Shown here piece by piece: positions 58,560 to 64,000 of a stretch of DNA of 64,000 bases. The position numbers and the translations under genes are program-made. The number at the start of each line of letters is the position of its first letter. Position 1 is the first letter of the stretch. The stretch comes from Ranitomeya imitator (lineage: Eukaryota): contig NC_091283.1 in the NCBI RefSeq assembly GCF_032444005.1, positions 162,378,001 through 162,442,000 of the forward strand. The letters run 5' to 3'. Below the pieces are notes generated by a model. The model saw only the letters and a program-made list of their open reading frames with translations, had not been told where the DNA came from and ran no database searches.

Positions 58560-61500
58560 TGTGTGGCAGTGTGACACCTACAGAGAGAGGTAGTAAGGTG
58601 CAGCAGCTATAGGGTTACTGTGTAAGTTGTGGTGGTGACACCTACAGAGAGAGGTGTAAGTAAGGTGCAGCAGCTATAGGGTTACTGTGTAAGTTGTGGT
58701 GGTGTGACACCTACAGAGAGAGGTGTAAGTAAGGTGCAGCAGCTATAGGGTTACTGTGTAAGTTGTGGTGGTGTGACACCTACAGAGAGAGGTGTAAGTA
58801 AGGTGCAGCAGCTATAGGGTTACTGTGTAAGTTGTGGCGGTGTGACACCTACAGAGAGATGTGTAAGTAAGGTGCAGCAGCTATAGGGTTACTGTGTAAG
58901 TTGTGGCGGTGTGACACCTACAGAGAGATGTGTAAGTAAGGTGCAGCTGCTATAGGGTTACTGTGTAAGGTGTGGCACCTACAGAGAGAGGTGTAAGTAA
59001 GGTGCAGCAGCTATAGGGTTACTGTGTAAGTTGTGGTGGTGACACCTACAGAGAGAGGTAGTAAGGTGCAGCAGCTATAGGGTTACTGTGTAAGTTGTGG
59101 TGGTGTGACACCTACAGAGAGATGTGTAAGTAAGGTGCAGCTGCTATAGGGTTACTGTGTAAGGTGTGGCAGTGTGACACCTACAGAGAGAGGTGTAAGT
59201 AAGGTGCAGCTGCTATAGGGTTACTGTGTAAGTTGTGGAGGTGACACCTCCAGAGAGAGGTGTAAGTAAGGTGCAGCAGCTATAGGGTTACTGTGTAAGT
59301 TGTGGCGGTGTGACACCTACAGAGAGATGTGTAAGTAAGGTGCAGCTGCTATAGGGTTACTGTGTAAGTTGTGGCGGTGTGACACCTACAGAGAGATGTG
59401 TAAGTAAGGTGCAGCAGCTATAGGGTTACTGTGTAAGTTGTGGCGGTGTGACACCTACAGAGAGATGTGTAAGTAAGGTGCAGCTGCTATAGGGTTACTG
59501 TGTAAGGTGTGGCACCTACAGAGAGAGGTGTAAGTAAGGTGCAGCAGCTATACGGTTACTGTGTAAGTTGTGGTGGTGTGACACCTACAGAGAGAGGTGT
59601 AAGTAAGGTGCAGCAGCTATAGGGTTACTGTGTAAGTTGTGGCGGTGTGACACCTACAGAGAGATGTGTAAGTAAGGTGCAGCAGCTATAGGGTTACTGT
59701 GTAAGTTGTGGCGGTGTGACACCTACAGAGAGATGTGTAAGTAAGGTGCAGCTGCTATAGGGTTACTGTGTAAGGTGTGGCACCTACAGAGAGAGGTGTA
59801 AGTAAGGTGCAGCAGCTATACGGTTACTGTGTAAGTTGTGGTGGTGTGACACCTACAGAGAGAGGTGTAAGTAAGGTGCAGCAGCTATAGGGTTACTGTG
59901 TAAGTTGTGGTGGTGTGACACCTACAGAGAGAGGTGTAAGTAAGGTGCAGCTGCTATAGGGTTACTGTGTAAGTTGTGGTGGTGTGACACCTACAGAGAG
60001 ATGTGTAAGTAAGGTGCAGCAGCTATAGGGTTACTGTGTAAGTTGTGGCGGTGTGACACCTACAGAGAGAGGTGTAAGTAAGGTGCAGCAGCTATAGGGT
60101 TACTGTGTAAGTTGTGGTGGTGTGACACCTACAGAGAGAGGTGTAAGTAAGGTGCAGCAGCTATAGGGTTACTGTGTAAGTTGTGGTGGTGTGACACCTA
60201 CAGAGAGAGGTGTAAGTAAGGTGCAGCTGCTATAGGGTTACTGTGTAAGTTGTGGCGGTGTGACACCTACAGAGAGAGGTGTAAGTAAGGTGCAGCAGCT
60301 ATAGGGTTACTGTGTAAGTTGTGGTGGTGTGACACCTACAGAGAGATGTGTAAGTAAGGTGCAGCTGCTATAGGGTTACTGTGTAAGGTGTGGCGGTGAC
60401 ACCTACAGAGAGAGGTGTAAGTAAGGTGCAGCAGCTATAGGGTTACTGTGTAAGTTGTGGTGGTGTGACACCTACAGAGAGAGGTGTAAGTAAGGTGCAG
60501 CTGCTATAGGGTTACTGTGTAAGTTGTGGCGGTGTGACACCTACAGAGAGAGGTGTAAGTAAGGTGCAGCTGCTATAGGGTTACTGTGTAAGTTGTGGCG
60601 GTGTGACACCTACAGAGAGATGTGTAAGTAAGGTGCAGCTGCTATAGGGTTACTGTGTAAGTTGTGGAGGTGACACCTACAGAGAGAGGTGTAAGGTGCA
60701 GCTGCTATAGGGTTACTGTGTAAGTTGTGGAGGTGACACCTACAGAGAGAGGTGTAAGTAAGGTGCAGCTGCTATAGGGTTACTGTGTAAGTTGTGGAGG
60801 TGACACCTACACAGAGAGATGTGTAGGTAAGGTGCAGCTGCTATAGGGTTACTGTGTAAGGTGTGGTGGTGTGACACCTACAGAGAGAGGTGTAAGTAAG
60901 GTGCAACAGCTATAGGGTTACTGTGTAAGTTGTGGTGGTGTGACACCTACAGAGAGAGGTGTAAGTAAGGTGCAGCTGCTATAGGGTTACTGTGTAAGTT
61001 GTGGTGGTGTGACACCTACAGAGAGAGGTGTAAGTAAGGTGCAGCAGCTATAGGGTTACTGTGTAAGTTGTGGTGGTGTGACACCTACAGAGAGATGTGT
61101 AAGTAAGGTGCAGCTGCTATAGGGTTACTGTGTAAGTTGTGGCGGTGTGACACCTACAGAGAGAGGTGTAAGTAAGGTGCAGCTGCTATAGGGTTACTGT
61201 GTAAGGTGTGGCGGTGTGACACCTACAGAGAGAGGTGTAAGTAAGGTGCAGCAGCTATAGGGTTACTGTGTAAGTTGTGGAGGTGACACCTACAGAGAGA
61301 GGTGTAAGTAAGGTGCAGCTGCTATAGGGTTACTGTGTAAGTTGTGGAGGTGACACCTACACAGAGAGATGTGTAGGTAAGGTGCAGCTGCTATAGGGTT
61401 ACTGTGTAAGGTGTGGTGGTGTGACACCTACAGAGAGAGGTGTAAGTAAGGTGCAACAGCTATAGGGTTACTGTGTAAGTTGTGGTGGTGTGACACCTAC

Positions 61501-64000
61501 AGAGAGAGGTGTAAGTAAGGTGCAGCTGCTATAGGGTTACTGTGTAAGTTGTGGTGGTGTGACACCTACAGAGAGAGGTGTAAGTAAGGTGCAGCAGCTA
61601 TAGGGTTACTGTGTAAGTTGTGGTGGTGTGACACCTACAGAGAGATGTGTAAGTAAGGTGCAGCTGCTATAGGGTTACTGTGTAAGTTGTGGCGGTGTGA
61701 CACCTACAGAGAGAGGTGTAAGTAAGGTGCAGCTGCTATAGGGTTACTGTGTAAGGTGTGGCGGTGTGACACCTACAGAGAGAGGTGTAAGTAAGGTGCA
61801 GCTGCTATAGGGTTACTGTGTAAGTTGTGGTGGTGTGACACCTACAGAGAGATGTGTAAGTAAGGTGCAGCAGCTATAGGGTTACTGTGTAAGTTGTGGC
61901 GGTGTGACACCTACAGAGAGAGGTGTAAGTAAGGTGCAGCAGCTATAGGGTTACTGTGTAAGTTGTGGTGGTGTGACACCTACAGAGAGAGGTGTAAGTA
62001 AGGTGCAGCTGCTATAGGGTTACTGTGTAAGTTGTGGCGGTGTGACACCTACAGAGAGAGGTGTAAGTAAGGTGCAGCAGCTATAGGGTTACTGTGTAAG
62101 TTGTGGTGGTGTGACACCTACAGAGAGATGTGTAAGTAAGGTGCAGCTGCTATAGGGTTACTGTGTAAGGTGTGGCGGTGACACCTACAGAGAGAGGTGT
62201 AAGTAAGGTGCAGCAGCTATAGGGTTACTGTGTAAGTTGTGGTGGTGTGACACCTACAGAGAGAGGTGTAAGTAAGGTGCAGCAGCTATAGGGTTACTGT
62301 GTAAGTTGTGGTGGTGTGACACCTACAGAGAGAGGTGTAAGTAAGGTGCAGCTGCTATAGGGTTACTGTGTAAGTTGTGGCGGTGTGACACCTACAGAGA
62401 GAGGTGTAAGTAAGGTGCAGCAGCTATAGGGTTACTGTGTAAGTTGTGGTGGTGTGACACCTACAGAGAGATGTGTAAGTAAGGTGCAGCTGCTATAGGG
62501 TTACTGTGTAAGGTGTGGCGGTGACACCTACAGAGAGAGGTGTAAGTAAGGTGCAGCAGCTATAGGGTTACTGTGTAAGTTGTGGTGGTGTGACACCTAC
62601 AGAGAGAGGTGTAAGTAAGGTGCAGCTGCTATAGGGTTACTGTGTAAGTTGTGGTGGTGTGACACCTACAGAGAGAGGTGTAAGTAAGGTGCAACAGCTA
62701 TAGGGTTACTGTGTAAGTTGTGGCGGTGTGACACCTACAGAGAGAGGTGTAAGTAAGGTGCAGCTGCTATAGGGTTACTGTGTAAGTTGTGGAGGTGACA
62801 CCTACAGAGAGAGGTGTAAGTAAGGTGCAGCTGCTATAGGGTTACTGTGTAAGTTGTGGCGGTGTGACACCTACAGAGAGAGGTGTAAGTAAGGTGCAGC
62901 TGCAATAGGGTTACTGTGTAAGTTGTGGAGGTGACACCTCCAGAGAGAGGTGTAAGTAAGGTGCAGCTGCTATAGGGTTACTGTGTAAGTTGTGGCGGTG
63001 TGACACCTACAGAGAGAGGTGTAAGTAAGGTGCAGCTGCTATAGGGTTACTGTGTAAGTTGTGGCGGTGTGACACCTACAGAGAGATGTGTAAGTAAGGT
63101 GCAGCTGCTATAGGGTTACTGTGTAAGTTGTGGAGGTGACACCTACAGAGAGAGGTGTAAGGTGCAGCTGCTATAGGGTTACTGTGTAAGTTGTGGAGGT
63201 GACACCTACAGAGAGAGGTGTAAGTAAGGTGCAGCTGCTATAGGGTTACTGTGTAAGTTGTGGAGGTGACACCTACACAGAGAGATGTGTAGGTAAGGTG
63301 CAGCTGCTATAGGGTTACTGTGTAAGGTGTGGTGGTGTGACACCTACAGAGAGAGGTGTAAGTAAGGTGCAACAGCTATAGGGTTAGTGTGTAAGTTGTG
63401 GTGGTGTGACACCTACAGAGAGAGGTGTAAGTAAGGTGCAGCTGCTATAGGGTTACTGTGTAAGTTGTGGTGGTGTGACACCTACAGAGAGAGGTGTAAG
63501 TAAGGTGCAGCAGCTATAGGGTTACTGTGTAAGTTGTGGTGGTGTGACACCTACAGAGAGATGTGTAAGTAAGGTGCAGCTGCTATAGGGTTACTGTGTA
63601 AGTTGTGGTGGTGTGACACCTACAGAGAGAGGTGTAAGTAAGGTGCAGCTGCTATAGGGTTACTGTGTAAGTTGTGGTGGTGTGACACCTACAGAGAGAT
63701 GTGTAAGTAAGGTGCAGCTGCTATAGGGTTACTGTGTAAGGTGTGGCGGTGTGACACCTACAGAGAGAGGTGTAAGTAAGGTGCAGCTGCTATAGGGTTA
63801 CTGTGTAAGTTGTGGCGGTGTGACACCTACAGAGAGATGTGTAAGTAAGGTGCAGCTGCTATAGGGTTACTGTGTAAGGTGTGGCACCTACAGAGAGAGG
63901 TGTAAGTAAGGTGCAGCAGCTATAGGGTTACTGTGTAAGTTGTGGTGGTGACACCTACAGAGAGAGGTAGTAAGGTGCAGCAGCTATAGGGTTACTGTGT
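58560..64000. repeat. 69-bp satellite array, ~79 copies, continuing past the right edge
   Basis: Unit GTGTGACACCTACAGAGAGAGGTGTAAGTAAGGTGCAGCAGCTATAGGGTTACTGTGTAAGTTGTGGTG; very homogeneous. Confidence 0.98.

Overview
Vertebrate genomic DNA, most likely from a frog (inferred from the repeat families and protein divergence; the species cannot be determined from sequence). The window carries four genes in the order and orientation known from human 9q32: WDR31 (-), BSPRY (+), HDHD3 (-), ALAD (-). I rebuilt the exons by hand from GT-AG boundaries and phase continuity. ALAD (11 coding exons, 330 aa) and HDHD3 (one coding exon, 236 aa) are complete. BSPRY has 6 coding exons but an uncertain start codon. 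WDR31 has 8 coding exons and its last coding exon was not found. The rest is dense in repeats: a near-intact L1 ORF2 running off the left edge, five Tc1-family transposons (one apparently intact), putative solo LTRs, nested Harbinger-, T2/Kolobok- and hAT-type MITEs, and about ten tandem arrays, including a >5.4-kb 69-bp satellite. Most listed ORFs are artefacts of these repeats. I found no convincing novel multi-gene system. The best leads are: (i) an intact Tc1 element; (ii) a minisatellite built from the BSPRY exon 5 splice donor that has been hit by five transposon insertions; (iii) a minimal hammerhead-ribozyme-like motif in an ALAD intron; (iv) the L1 ORF2 with a single stop codon; (v) large tandem arrays abutting all three CpG-rich promoters.
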